This document shows positions 19,566 to 28,839 of a stretch of DNA of 33,467 nucleotides, in pieces (the first letter of the stretch is position 1; each line of letters opens with the position of its first letter). The notes below the pieces were generated by a model that was given only the letters and a program-made list of their open reading frames with translations, made no database searches and was not told where the DNA came from. The stretch comes from Planctomycetota bacterium (GTDB lineage: Bacteria; Planctomycetota; MHYJ01; WSZJ01), in the NCBI GenBank assembly GCA_038060895.1, contig JBBTCT010000037.1, forward strand, positions 1-33,467. The letters run 5' to 3'. Made by a program: the position numbers and the translations under genes.

Positions 19566-22500
19566 TCCGCCATCGCGCGGAGTTTCGAAGCGACTTCCCG
19601 CGCGCGCGCCTCTGCCGTGCGGGCGCCGGCGGCCTGGAGGGTGGAAGCGGCTTCCGTCGCGATTTCGGCGGCTTCCCGGGCTTCGTCTCGAGTGCCGGGA
19701 GACGAGGCGAGCAGGGCGGCCCAGGAAGCGCGGACGAGGGCGAAGGGGAGTGCGAGCTCGGAGTCGCGGAGGGTCTTGACGGCGCGGGCGTAATTGCGCA
19801 GTGCGCCTTCGCGATCGCCGTTGGCGGCGCGGCAATCGGCGAGACCGGAATAGACGCGGCCGATGAGCCCCGCGTCGGGCCACTTGTGGCCGAGGTGCTC
19901 GAGCGCGGCGTGGAAATGGGCCCGCGCTTCTGCCGCGCGGCCGGCCCGGAGAGAATTCTCGGCGCGTGCCGCCGGGAGGAGACCGGCGAGTTCGGGGGTA
20001 TTTGATGAAGCGGCGGCGAGGTCGAAGTACTGCGAAGCGCGCGCGGGGTCGCCGAGGGCGGAGTGAGCCTCGCCCAACGCTATGGCGGCGCGCGCGAGAC
20101 CGGACCGGGAGCCGCAGCGGTCGAAGGCGGCCTGTGCGGCGGCGGCGTGCTCCCGGGCGGCGTCGTAGTCCTCGGCGGCGAAGTCGGCGCCTGCGGCCGC
20201 GAGGGCGGCGCGCGCGGTGGTCGCGGGCGCGCCGGCGTGAGCGCAGGACTGAAGGGCAAGTGCGGATTGTTCGCGTGCCGCGGTGCCGCGGCCCGCGGCC
20301 GTTCGCGCCTGGACGAGCAGCGCGCGGAGTTCGGCCTCGAGGACGCGGTCGCCGCACCCCTCCAGTGCGCTCTCCACCCGGGCGGCGGCGGTCAGGGCGC
20401 GGCCCTGGAGGAGCTGGCAGCGTGCGAGCGTAAGAAGCGCCTCCGGTGCGCCTCCGCGCTCCAGCGCTTCCGTCGCGTCGGCTTCCGCCTGCCGAAGTTC
20501 ACCTTTCGCGAACCGGAACGCGGCGAGCCCGGCGAGCGCGGGCCCGGCGAGACCCGCGGCGTCCGCGCCGTGGCGCGCCGATTCGAGGCGCATTCCCGCA
20601 GTCGCCAGGTCGTCGGCCATCATCGCCAGCTTCGCGAGCAGCAATTGGGATGAAACCTCGTCCCGCTTGTCCTTCGGCTTGTCTCCCGCCATCGCAAGCG
20701 CATCGGCCGCCTCGCGCCGCCTTCCCAGCAGCAGATAGATCCGGGCCAGGTCAAGGCGAAGCGCCGGCATGCGCTCGGCTGGCGGCGTGCTCGAGAGCAC
20801 GCCCTGGAACGCGCGAAGCGCCGCATCGGGCTGCCCCGAGGCCAACAGCGCGCGCCCGAGCCTCTCGGCCTGCGCCACTGCCTGCCCTTTCGCCCGCGTC
20901 CGCTGCAGCCACGGCTCCGCCTTCTCCAGCCATGCCCGTGCTTCCGCCGGACGCCCCGTTTCCAGCGCCGCGTCCGCCGCCCGGTGCGCGCAATCCACGG
21001 CGCGTTCCGGCGTCGTCCCCTTTAGCGCGACTGCGGCCGCGCGCTCGGGATGCGATTTGTCCAGGCGCTCCAGCGCCGCCGCGCAACGATCGTGCATCGA
21101 CTGCCGGTCCCCGAGCGGGATCTCGCCGTAGACGCGCGAACGGAAAACGGGCGACACAAGCAGGAAGGCTCGCTTCCCCTTCTCGTCCTGCTCCGCGACG
21201 AGTTTCTGGGCGCTGAGTTCGTGGGTGGCGTGAAAAAGATCGTTCTGGCCGATCGCCGCAAGCTCCGAGAGAACGTCGAACGGAAGCCCGTCCTCGGAAA
21301 TCGAAAGCCACCGGACTAGTCCCGACGACCGCGCGTTGAGGCCGCGGAAGCGGTTCCAGAGCACTTCGCCCAGCCCCGAAACAAGGTCGTCCTCCGTCAG
21401 CGGGCCGCGCTTCTTCAGCCGCCAGAGTCCCGCGTCCTCGGCGACGAGCCCCGCCGTCGCCAGGTGCCTGCAGATCTTCTCGACCTGGTTGAGGTCTCCC
21501 TCCGTGACGCGCGCGACCTCGGTCGCGATCCGCGCTTCGGCGCGCGGCGGCTCGCCGCTTCCGTTCCATTTCAGTTCCCGGGCGAGAAGCGGGCCGAGCA
21601 TTTTGCGGAGGTCGTCGTCGGGCAGGCGGGGGACGAGGAATTCGCTCGCGAGCTTGCTGGTGCGGAAGCGCGGGTAGACCCGGGCCCACGGATTGGTTTC
21701 GGCGGCGGGGGAGAGGGAAGCGGCGGCGACGAGGACGAGCGGGCGTTCGCGGGTGAGCGTTGCGACGCGCTCGAGCACGGCGAGGGTTTCGGAGTCGGCG
21801 AGTTCGACGGCGTCGAGCGAGATAAAGAGCGGCCGGAGGTCGAGAACGGCGCTGAGAAGCTCGACGACGAGGTCGCGCATGCGCGCGTCGGTGACGGTGA
21901 GGTCGAAATTCCGGTTATGGGACAAGGCGAGCTTGCGGAATGCGTCGCCGAAGCGTCCGAAGTCCGGCGCGAACTTCATGGCGAGTTTCGTGTACGCGAG
22001 GAAATCCACCGCCTCGACGGCCCGGAGCGCGGAGAGGGCAATCGTGCGCCAGGGCGCGAAGTACTCGCCGAGATCGCCGGTGCAGCGGGCCTCGATGAAG
22101 TGGAAGTTGCGATACGAATTGCGGGACGCAAATTCCTCCATGAGCCGCGACTTTCCGGCGCCGGGCTTGCCGCGCACGAGCAGAAAGGCGCCCTTTCCAC
22201 GAGGGGCGTCTTCGAGTGCCTTTTCCATGACCTGAAGCGTGTTGGCGCGCCCGACGAACGCCGGGCGGGCCGGCGCCGCGGCAGGGAGTGGCGTGGCCGG
22301 GGCGGGAGCCGAGGCGACGGCGGCCGCCGCGCGCGCCGGCTCCGTCACGGTCGCGCCTCGAGCCGCCATTTCTGCCGTCAGATCCACGATCGGGAGGGAG
22401 GGTTCGGAGCTGTACTGCTTTTCGGCGGCGGGCGGTGTCCGTCCGGGCGCAGGCATTTCGTGTTCGTCGCGTCCCTCAAGCCTCTCCGCGGCTCTCCGCG

Positions 22501-24169
22501 CCTCGGCCGCTTCCGCCAGCCTCGCCCGGCACCGGTCGAGCCACGTTCTCGCCTCCTCGCGCGCCGGATCGAGTCGCAGGGCTTCCATGAACCGCGCCAT
22601 CGCGCCTTCGAGGTCGCCGGAGGCGAAACGAACAAGCCCCGCTCGCGTCGCCTCGAGCGATTCGCCAGCGGGCCCGCGCGCGGACGCCTCGGCCATCCCT
22701 GCGACCTCCGCGCGCGCCAGCGCTTCGCCGCATCGCTCCGCGTATTGACGCGCCTCCGCGTCCGTCGGGTCGGAGGCCAGCGCCTCCAGGAAGGCCGCAG
22801 AAGCCTCGCCGTGTCGGCCGGCTTCGAAGGCCGCGATGCCGCGCGTCCGGGCCGCGGCGGCCTTCTCCCTCGCCACTTTCATGGCGACGGCTTCGGCGGC
22901 CGCGCGTTCCTGCGCTTCGTAGCGGTAGCGCTTCGCCTCCAGCCGGTCCGGATTCAGGCGCAGCACGCGCTCGAACGTTGCGGCCGCTTCTTCCCAGCGC
23001 CTCTCATTGAAGTGCGTCAGTCCGAGCCGGAGGTTGTCCTCTTCGAACTGCGTCTGTTTCGTCCGGTCGCGCGCGACTTCGCTGACTTCGAGCTGGCGGA
23101 CGCGGGCGATGCGGCGGTGGCGGCGAGTTTCGAGGTGCGCGGGGTCGAGGCGGAGGGCGGCGTCGAATTTTTCGACGGCGTCGGCGTAGCGCTGGTTCGA
23201 CAGGAGTGAAAACCCGGCGGAATAGAGCGCTTCGACCTGCGCGGCCTCGTCGGGGGAAGGGACCCGCGCCGAGGCGAGGGCGGCGGGGGGGCGCAGAAGC
23301 GCGAGGACGTCGGCGCCGGCGGCCCGCGGGCGACCGGAAAAATCGGCGGCGACGTACTCCAGGGCGCGGAGGAAGCGGTCGGCGTCGGGGAAGCGCTCCG
23401 CGGGGTCCTTGGCTAGCGCGCGCAGCGCAAACCCGTCAAGTTCCGCGGGAATGCCGGGAGCGATCTGGCTGGGCGGGCGCGCGGCCTGCGTGAGGTGTGC
23501 CCGGTAAATCTCCATCGCGGAATCGCCGTCGAACGGAGGCTTGCCGGTCAGCGCTTCGTACAGAATCACTCCGAGCGCGTAGATGTCCACGCCGGTCGTG
23601 ACCTCGCCTTCGAACTGTTCCGGCGGCATGTACTTCGGCTTCCCGACGATCGACTTGCTGACGGCCAGCGCGGGGTCCTCGATCGCCGCCGCGATCCCGT
23701 AATCCATCACCTTCACGACGCCGTCCGGCCGCAGCAGGATGTTCTCGGGCGTCAGGTCGCGGTGGATGATCGGCGGCCGCCGCGACTGCGAGTACTGCAC
23801 CGCGCGCGCCGTCTGCGCGACGATGTCAAGCGCCTGCGCGGGGTCAAGCCGCCCGCTTTCCCGCAGGCGGCGCCGAAGCGTCGGCCCGGGTACGTACTCC
23901 ATCGCGTAACCGCAGAGCTGAGGCTCGTCGAAGGCGGACAGCACCCGCACGATGTTCGGGTGATCGAGCGACGCCGTGATCCGCAGCTCCGACAGAAACC
24001 GCTCGCGGAATCCCTTCTGCTCCATCACATGCGCGTGCAGCACTTTGACCGCGCGGTCAATGCCCAGCAGGGGGTCCGAAGCGCGATAGACCGTTCCGAA
24101 TCCGCCGCTCGCCAGGCGTTGCCGGAGAACGTAGTTCCCGACGGAGAGGCCCGTGAGGTCCGCGGCCAA
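19562..24169 (-). CDS. Large cytosolic Ser/Thr kinase - TPR - STAND (AAA_16-like) NTPase - TPR protein
   Basis: Kinase SGGFG, AVK, HRDLTPEN, DYG and YMPPEQ. Several TPR pairs (ALRLDP, VLRLNP). FVGR and Walker A GKPGAGKS. Long Ala-rich TPR-like C-terminus. TTG start 7 nt after the upstream stop. Confidence 0.85.
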   Translation of the reverse strand: MAADLTGLSVGNYVLRQRLASGGFGTVYRASDPLLGIDRAVKVLHAHVMEQKGFRERFLSELRITASLDHPNIVRVLSAFDEPQLCGYAMEYVPGPTLRRRLRESGRLDPAQALDIVAQTARAVQYSQSRRPPIIHRDLTPENILLRPDGVVKVMDYGIAAAIEDPALAVSKSIVGKPKYMPPEQFEGEVTTGVDIYALGVILYEALTGKPPFDGDSAMEIYRAHLTQAARPPSQIAPGIPAELDGFALRALAKDPAERFPDADRFLRALEYVAADFSGRPRAAGADVLALLRPPAALASARVPSPDEAAQVEALYSAGFSLLSNQRYADAVEKFDAALRLDPAHLETRRHRRIARVRQLEVSEVARDRTKQTQFEEDNLRLGLTHFNERRWEEAAATFERVLRLNPDRLEAKRYRYEAQERAAAEAVAMKVAREKAAAARTRGIAAFEAGRHGEASAAFLEALASDPTDAEARQYAERCGEALARAEVAGMAEASARGPAGESLEATRAGLVRFASGDLEGAMARFMEALRLDPAREEARTWLDRCRARLAEAAEARRAAERLEGRDEHEMPAPGRTPPAAEKQYSSEPSLPIVDLTAEMAARGATVTEPARAAAAVASAPAPATPLPAAAPARPAFVGRANTLQVMEKALEDAPRGKGAFLLVRGKPGAGKSRLMEEFASRNSYRNFHFIEARCTGDLGEYFAPWRTIALSALRAVEAVDFLAYTKLAMKFAPDFGRFGDAFRKLALSHNRNFDLTVTDARMRDLVVELLSAVLDLRPLFISLDAVELADSETLAVLERVATLTRERPLVLVAAASLSPAAETNPWARVYPRFRTSKLASEFLVPRLPDDDLRKMLGPLLARELKWNGSGEPPRAEARIATEVARVTEGDLNQVEKICRHLATAGLVAEDAGLWRLKKRGPLTEDDLVSGLGEVLWNRFRGLNARSSGLVRWLSISEDGLPFDVLSELAAIGQNDLFHATHELSAQKLVAEQDEKGKRAFLLVSPVFRSRVYGEIPLGDRQSMHDRCAAALERLDKSHPERAAAVALKGTTPERAVDCAHRAADAALETGRPAEARAWLEKAEPWLQRTRAKGQAVAQAERLGRALLASGQPDAALRAFQGVLSSTPPAERMPALRLDLARIYLLLGRRREAADALAMAGDKPKDKRDEVSSQLLLAKLAMMADDLATAGMRLESARHGADAAGLAGPALAGLAAFRFAKGELRQAEADATEALERGGAPEALLTLARCQLLQGRALTAAARVESALEGCGDRVLEAELRALLVQARTAAGRGTAAREQSALALQSCAHAGAPATTARAALAAAGADFAAEDYDAAREHAAAAQAAFDRCGSRSGLARAAIALGEAHSALGDPARASQYFDLAAASSNTPELAGLLPAARAENSLRAGRAAEARAHFHAALEHLGHKWPDAGLIGRVYSGLADCRAANGDREGALRNYARAVKTLRDSELALPFALVRASWAALLASSPGTRDEAREAAEIATEAASTLQAAGARTAEARAREVASKLRAMAE

Positions 24170-24176
24170 GGGTTGC

Positions 24177-26060
24177 TCAGTCCCTGACGCGGAATTCCAG
24201 GCCGGAGGGCGTCACCAGCTTGAACCCGCGCGCCTCCCGCTTGTACTCGAACTCGCGCCCCGTGGCGGGATCTTCAAACCCCGTCGGGATTTCTTCCGGG
24301 TACGTCCCCGAGGTCGCGCGGACTTCGCGGACTTTCATGGCGATCCGAAGCGCCGTGCGCGCGGTCATGGCGGAGAACGACCGGGCGCGCAAGTCGGTGA
24401 AATTCGAGAAGGGGCCGGGGCCGGTCCGAAGCGCGACCAGGTCCTCGCGCCGGGCGGCGTCGGGGCGGCTGCAAGCGCCGCGCACTTTGGCCGCGAAATC
24501 CTGCGCCTCGTGGACGACGTCGTACATGGCCTGCACCCCGCCTTCCAGCGACTCCACGGGTTCAGGGCCGAGAATCGGGAAACCTGCCAGCTGCAGGTCC
24601 AGCAGCGCCCGCGCTTCCTTGGCGCCGATCGTGATGGCCTCCAGCCGTGTCGCTTCGCCGGTCGCCGCGGCCTCGATTCCCGCAGGGTCAGGGCCGAGTC
24701 CTTCGATCGTCGCGCGCAGCCGCTGAAGCTGGGCCGGCGAGAGTTTCGGAAGCGTGTCCATGATCGACTTCGCCTGGGCTTCGACGATCTCGGCGGCCGC
24801 CATGCTGAAGTCGATGCGTCCCGCCCGGGCGAGGTGCCGCGCGAGTTTCAGCGCGGACACGTGGTCGTCGATGTCGCCCTTGAGCGACTTTCCGAGGCGC
24901 GCGAGGTCGCGTGCCAGCGGTGCGACGCGATTCATGTCGTCGGGGCCCAGCCCCGCTTCGAAGTTGTCGAGCTTTGCGCCGGCGCGGATCATTTCGAGCG
25001 CAGGTCCGTCGGCGAGATCGCAGGCGCGCCAGTAGCTTCCCGCGGCGTTCTGCTCGCCTTCGGGTGAAGGGGCCGTCACCCGCATCAAACGGGACAGGTC
25101 GAGGGTTCCAACGGCGGTTCGGCCGTCGGCGCTGAGCCCGATCAGCTGCCCTTTCAGGTCGAAGATCACGGCGCCGGACTGAACGCCTTCGATTTTCGCG
25201 GTCCAGACCTCGGGTCCGACTTTTTCCCACCCGCGCGCGAACACGTTGCCGACGACGCCGGCCGGGGAGAGCGCGACCAGCGGGTCCTTCTCAGGCAGCG
25301 GCCCGTAAGCCGGCCGTGCGGCCTTCACGTGGACGCCATCCACCTTCCACAGCGCGACGCCGCGCAACCGGTCGCGCGCCACCGCCCGTGCCACCCACTT
25401 TTTCCCGTCGTAGTCCACTTCCAGCCCCACGGACCCCATCGCCGCCTTGCCGCAGACCCAGATCTGTCCCTCGGCCGACGCCCAGACCCCGACGCCACCC
25501 GCGGAATTCGACCAGACCGCAGCCACGCTGGGCCCCTGGTCGCGCGCGATATCCTCCGACGTAGGCGCCTTCGGCTCCGGCGGCCTCACCGGATTCTGCG
25601 GCGGCTCCGCGAGCTTCTCCTGCTCCTTCTTCGAGAGCCACTTGCCCTCGACTTCCCGATACCCCAGCTCGATCAGCCGGCCGCGCGCGCGCGCGTGGTC
25701 CGTCTGAAGCGCCAGCGCCTCGATGTAGTGTTCGCCCGCCTTGTCAGCCAGCCCGTTCTTCACGCACCAGTCCGCGAGCTGCACCATCGAATCCGGATTC
25801 TTGCGGTCGGCCAGCATGAGCCGGCCTTCGTAGAGCTGCTCCGGCGAAGCAGCGCTCCTGTCGATCTTGTCCACCAGGTTCATCTGGAACGTCAGCGCGG
25901 CCCCGTGTTTCCCGATGTCGATCTTCACCTCGGTGCCCGTCTGGGTGATGATCTTGCCCTCGATGATTCTGCCGTCCTTCAGGTAGATCTTGTCGGCCAG
26001 GGCAGGGAGGGGAAGGACAGCGAGGACCGCGAGCACGAAAAGGAGGGGGGCTTGGCGCAT
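24177..26060 (-). CDS. Secreted multidomain protein: N-terminal DxIYLKDG domain, degenerate trypsin/HtrA-like domain, GspG-like C-terminus
   Basis: Signal peptide ending ALA, DKIYLKDGRIIEGKI, LADWC..NGL. Trypsin-like scaffold from PSV to SGAVIFDLKGQLIGL. C-terminal G.YP....DP.TG..FEY. Confidence 0.65.
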   Translation of the reverse strand: MRQAPLLFVLAVLAVLPLPALADKIYLKDGRIIEGKIITQTGTEVKIDIGKHGAALTFQMNLVDKIDRSAASPEQLYEGRLMLADRKNPDSMVQLADWCVKNGLADKAGEHYIEALALQTDHARARGRLIELGYREVEGKWLSKKEQEKLAEPPQNPVRPPEPKAPTSEDIARDQGPSVAAVWSNSAGGVGVWASAEGQIWVCGKAAMGSVGLEVDYDGKKWVARAVARDRLRGVALWKVDGVHVKAARPAYGPLPEKDPLVALSPAGVVGNVFARGWEKVGPEVWTAKIEGVQSGAVIFDLKGQLIGLSADGRTAVGTLDLSRLMRVTAPSPEGEQNAAGSYWRACDLADGPALEMIRAGAKLDNFEAGLGPDDMNRVAPLARDLARLGKSLKGDIDDHVSALKLARHLARAGRIDFSMAAAEIVEAQAKSIMDTLPKLSPAQLQRLRATIEGLGPDPAGIEAAATGEATRLEAITIGAKEARALLDLQLAGFPILGPEPVESLEGGVQAMYDVVHEAQDFAAKVRGACSRPDAARREDLVALRTGPGPFSNFTDLRARSFSAMTARTALRIAMKVREVRATSGTYPEEIPTGFEDPATGREFEYKREARGFKLVTPSGLEFRVRD

Positions 26061-26113
26061 CCCCGCAAGGATACCTTATCCAAGGGCAGATTTGGAGGGG
26101 GACCCGGCCGCCA

Positions 26114-26420
26114 GGTGCATGGCCGGTATAGCAAGGACTGACGGTCGCCCTGGTCGGAGAGATTCCGTGTCCCTCAGTTCCTCCGTGTTCTCCGTGTTCA
26201 TGCCGTTTTTTCCGCCCCCCGAGAGCAACTCCCCCTAGCCACTGAAAAAAAACGACGTACACGGAAAACACGGAGGAAAGGAGGCACACAGAAGGGCGTG
26301 ATTGATGAGCAGGGACAGGGTGGTCGGGATGCGTCGCAGGGAGTTTCGTTGAGGCCTGGATGCTTCCCACAGGGGACGTGGGCGGTCGTCCGGGCGGCCT
26401 TGTAATGCCGGCCATGCACC
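26114..26420. repeat. Nested inverted-repeat element
   Basis: Outer arms 26114-26136 and 26398-26420 (20 of 23 match). Inner imperfect arms of about 49 nt at 26163-26211 and 26245-26293, built from 9-nt CTCCGTGTT-like units. Confidence 0.75.
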
Positions 26421-26434
26421 CCCGGCCCCCCCAC

Positions 26435-26475
26435 AAGAAAATGAAAGCGGGCGTGAGGATGATCCCCACGCCCGC
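26435..26475 (-). terminator. Intrinsic terminator after the VIT-vWA gene
   Basis: Minus-strand stem GCGGGCGTGGGGA / TCCTCACGCCCGC followed by TTTCATTTTCTT. Confidence 0.75.
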
Positions 26476-26551
26476 ATAAGTGTGCCTTTCCTACCTCCTA
26501 CCCACTACCAACTCCACCCTACTCAACTCTCAACACTCCCGCCTGCCTTGG

Positions 26552-28804
26552 CTACTTCGGGGCCTCGTCCTTCCTAGGCTCCTCCACCTTCTTCGGCATC
26601 ACTTCGTAAGCCTTGCCTGAAACCACGACCACAACGTGGTCTCCAAGCGCCAGCCACTTGGCGACTTCCGGCTTCGCCGCAAGCAGCTTGAAGTACTCAT
26701 CGGACAGGTACTCGACCTTCAGCGTCTCCGCCTTCCCGTCCCACTTCTGGTCGTACCACCCTTCGTCCGTCCCGTAGAACGTCTTCCCGCCAATCACCTG
26801 CACTGCGCTCTTCGTCTGGCCCGTCCGCGCGTCCTTCCGCGCGAACCCGCCCGACGGCTTGCCCGGCTCCATCGCCTGCCCCTTCTTGGCCTTCTCCGCT
26901 TCCTGGCTCGCCTCCACCGCCGACTCGCCCTTCGCGCCCAACTCCATCCCGGCTGCGTCGGCGGCCGGGGCATCGGAGGCTTTGTCTTCGGCTTCGATCC
27001 GGCGAAGCGCTTCGTCAGCGCCCCTCAGGCGGCCACCGGCGGCGCCGGCCTGCTGCTGGACTCGCGCGTTGTCTTCCAGCACCAGCCATGAAGTGTATTT
27101 CGTCATCACGCCGAACTCCTTCGCCAGCGCGACGATCTCCTTCTTGAGCTCTTCGTTCTCACCCTTCAGCCGGATCGCATCCATCAGATGGCCGATCTTG
27201 CTGATCGCCCAGAGGCGAGGAATCGAGTCGTGCGAAGCGTTTTCCTTCGGGAATCCCGCCTCGTACACGAATTCGCGGGTCTTGCCGTTCACGGAGCCCT
27301 TGAGCTTGATCGAGCGCGAGCCGTCGCCCTTGAAGCGCCCGAAAACCGCGATCTGCTGGCCTTTGAACACGTCGGAGAGCTGCTTCGGGTAGATGTCGTA
27401 GATCTCGGCCGACGCGCCGCCGAATTCGATCTTGATGTCGGACAGAACCGGAGCGCCGATCTTCTCGTAGTACCCCGCCATCTTCGTCTCGAGCGATTCC
27501 GTCGGCGTGATGTACTCGCGAAGCCCGCGGTTTTCCTCGGCGATCCGGTCGAGCAGGCCCACGTTCAGCTCGAAGCCGACGCCCAGCGTAAAGATACGGG
27601 CCATCTTGCCGTTCGCGTCCCGCGTGATCTTCACGATCTTCTCCGGATCGGTCTCGCCCAGCGTCGGCTCGCCGTCCGTCATGAAGATCACCATGTACGG
27701 CCTTGAAGCGTCGCCCTGGTTCATCGAGAGCGCCATCTGCATGGCCTCGGAGATGTTGGTGCCTCCGCGCGCCTTGATCGCATCGATGAACTTTCCGGCG
27801 TCCGCGAGGTTCTCCGCGCTCACCTCGACCAGCGCGTCCTTCCACTTCACGGCCTCCGTCGAGAATCGCACGATATTGAAGCGGTCCCCGGGGTTCAGCG
27901 TCTCCAGCCCGGCCTTGAGCGCCTTCTTCGCCTGCGGCATCCGGTCTTCCTCGGCCATCGACATCGAGTTGTCGATCACGAAGCAGACGTCGCGCTTCAC
28001 CAGTTCCGCGTCCGTGGCTTCGGCCTTGGGCGAGAGCATCAGCATGAAGTACCCGTCTTCGCCGGCCTCACGCTGGGCGACCATGTTCATGCCGAAGTCG
28101 CCGTCCTGCTGCGTGAAGTAGAGGAGGAAGTCCTTGTCTGGCAGCACGTTCGCGGCTTCGTACACCACCGTGCCTTCGAGATCGTTCTTGCGGGCGACGT
28201 CCACCGAGTGCGTCGGGCTCATCAGCGACTTCAGCGGCACGTTCGACTTCACCTGGACCGCCACGCGGCACTCGTTGAGCGCCTTCGAGCTGAATTTCTC
28301 GGTGTTCAGCGGATACCGGTAAACGCACAGCCCGCTGTCAGCCTTGATCGTTTCGCTGTACTCGAGCTTCACGCGCTTTTCCTCGCCCGGCAGGATCGGA
28401 AACACGCGCAGCTTGAACATCTTCGTCCCGACGTACTCCAAAAGCGCCGGATCTTGCTGCGACCGTACGATCTCCTCGTAAGTCGCCCGCGCCTTGTCCG
28501 CATCCAGCAGCTCCGCTTCCATCTCCTTGCCGTCGATCCACATCGACAGCTTCGAGACCGAAGCCCCCGCCGGAATCGGGAACATGTACGTCGCTTCGAC
28601 GTTGAACCCGTTCGGGTTCACGAAAACCTGGTCAACTTTGGTCGTCGCCACCTGGTTGTCGATCACGACATCGACTTTGTGATACTTGACCGCCATCGGG
28701 ATCGCGTTGCGCGTGGGGCGGTCGATCTGCATGAAGCCGTCGGCGCGGGCCAGGGTGGCCAGGAGCGCGAGGGCGGCGAGGGAACGCATGATGCGGGACA
28801 GCAT
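26552..28804 (-). CDS. Secreted VIT and vWA domain protein (inter-alpha-trypsin inhibitor heavy chain-like)
   Basis: Signal peptide (ARA). VIT domain (VATTKVDQVF.NP....EATY.FP.P, A...YE.IV....DPALLEY). vWA MIDAS DNSMSM, GGTNI and FMTDG. Also RLWA and TKYTSWLV.E. SD GGAGG. Confidence 0.92.
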   Translation of the reverse strand: MLSRIMRSLAALALLATLARADGFMQIDRPTRNAIPMAVKYHKVDVVIDNQVATTKVDQVFVNPNGFNVEATYMFPIPAGASVSKLSMWIDGKEMEAELLDADKARATYEEIVRSQQDPALLEYVGTKMFKLRVFPILPGEEKRVKLEYSETIKADSGLCVYRYPLNTEKFSSKALNECRVAVQVKSNVPLKSLMSPTHSVDVARKNDLEGTVVYEAANVLPDKDFLLYFTQQDGDFGMNMVAQREAGEDGYFMLMLSPKAEATDAELVKRDVCFVIDNSMSMAEEDRMPQAKKALKAGLETLNPGDRFNIVRFSTEAVKWKDALVEVSAENLADAGKFIDAIKARGGTNISEAMQMALSMNQGDASRPYMVIFMTDGEPTLGETDPEKIVKITRDANGKMARIFTLGVGFELNVGLLDRIAEENRGLREYITPTESLETKMAGYYEKIGAPVLSDIKIEFGGASAEIYDIYPKQLSDVFKGQQIAVFGRFKGDGSRSIKLKGSVNGKTREFVYEAGFPKENASHDSIPRLWAISKIGHLMDAIRLKGENEELKKEIVALAKEFGVMTKYTSWLVLEDNARVQQQAGAAGGRLRGADEALRRIEAEDKASDAPAADAAGMELGAKGESAVEASQEAEKAKKGQAMEPGKPSGGFARKDARTGQTKSAVQVIGGKTFYGTDEGWYDQKWDGKAETLKVEYLSDEYFKLLAAKPEVAKWLALGDHVVVVVSGKAYEVMPKKVEEPRKDEAPK

Positions 28805-28839
28805 GGGGGGCCTCCGATGAAGTTGCTGGGTCTTTGCTG

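Noticed and set aside
19566-20357. Apparent 264-aa N-terminal extension of the ECF sigma
   Set aside because: It lies inside the kinase-STAND gene in an alternative frame and is low-complexity Arg/Pro. The sigma motifs begin at ATG 19565.
26163-26293. Possible CRISPR-like repeats
   Set aside because: The units are 9-nt tandem repeats in inverted arms, with no unique spacers and no cas genes.
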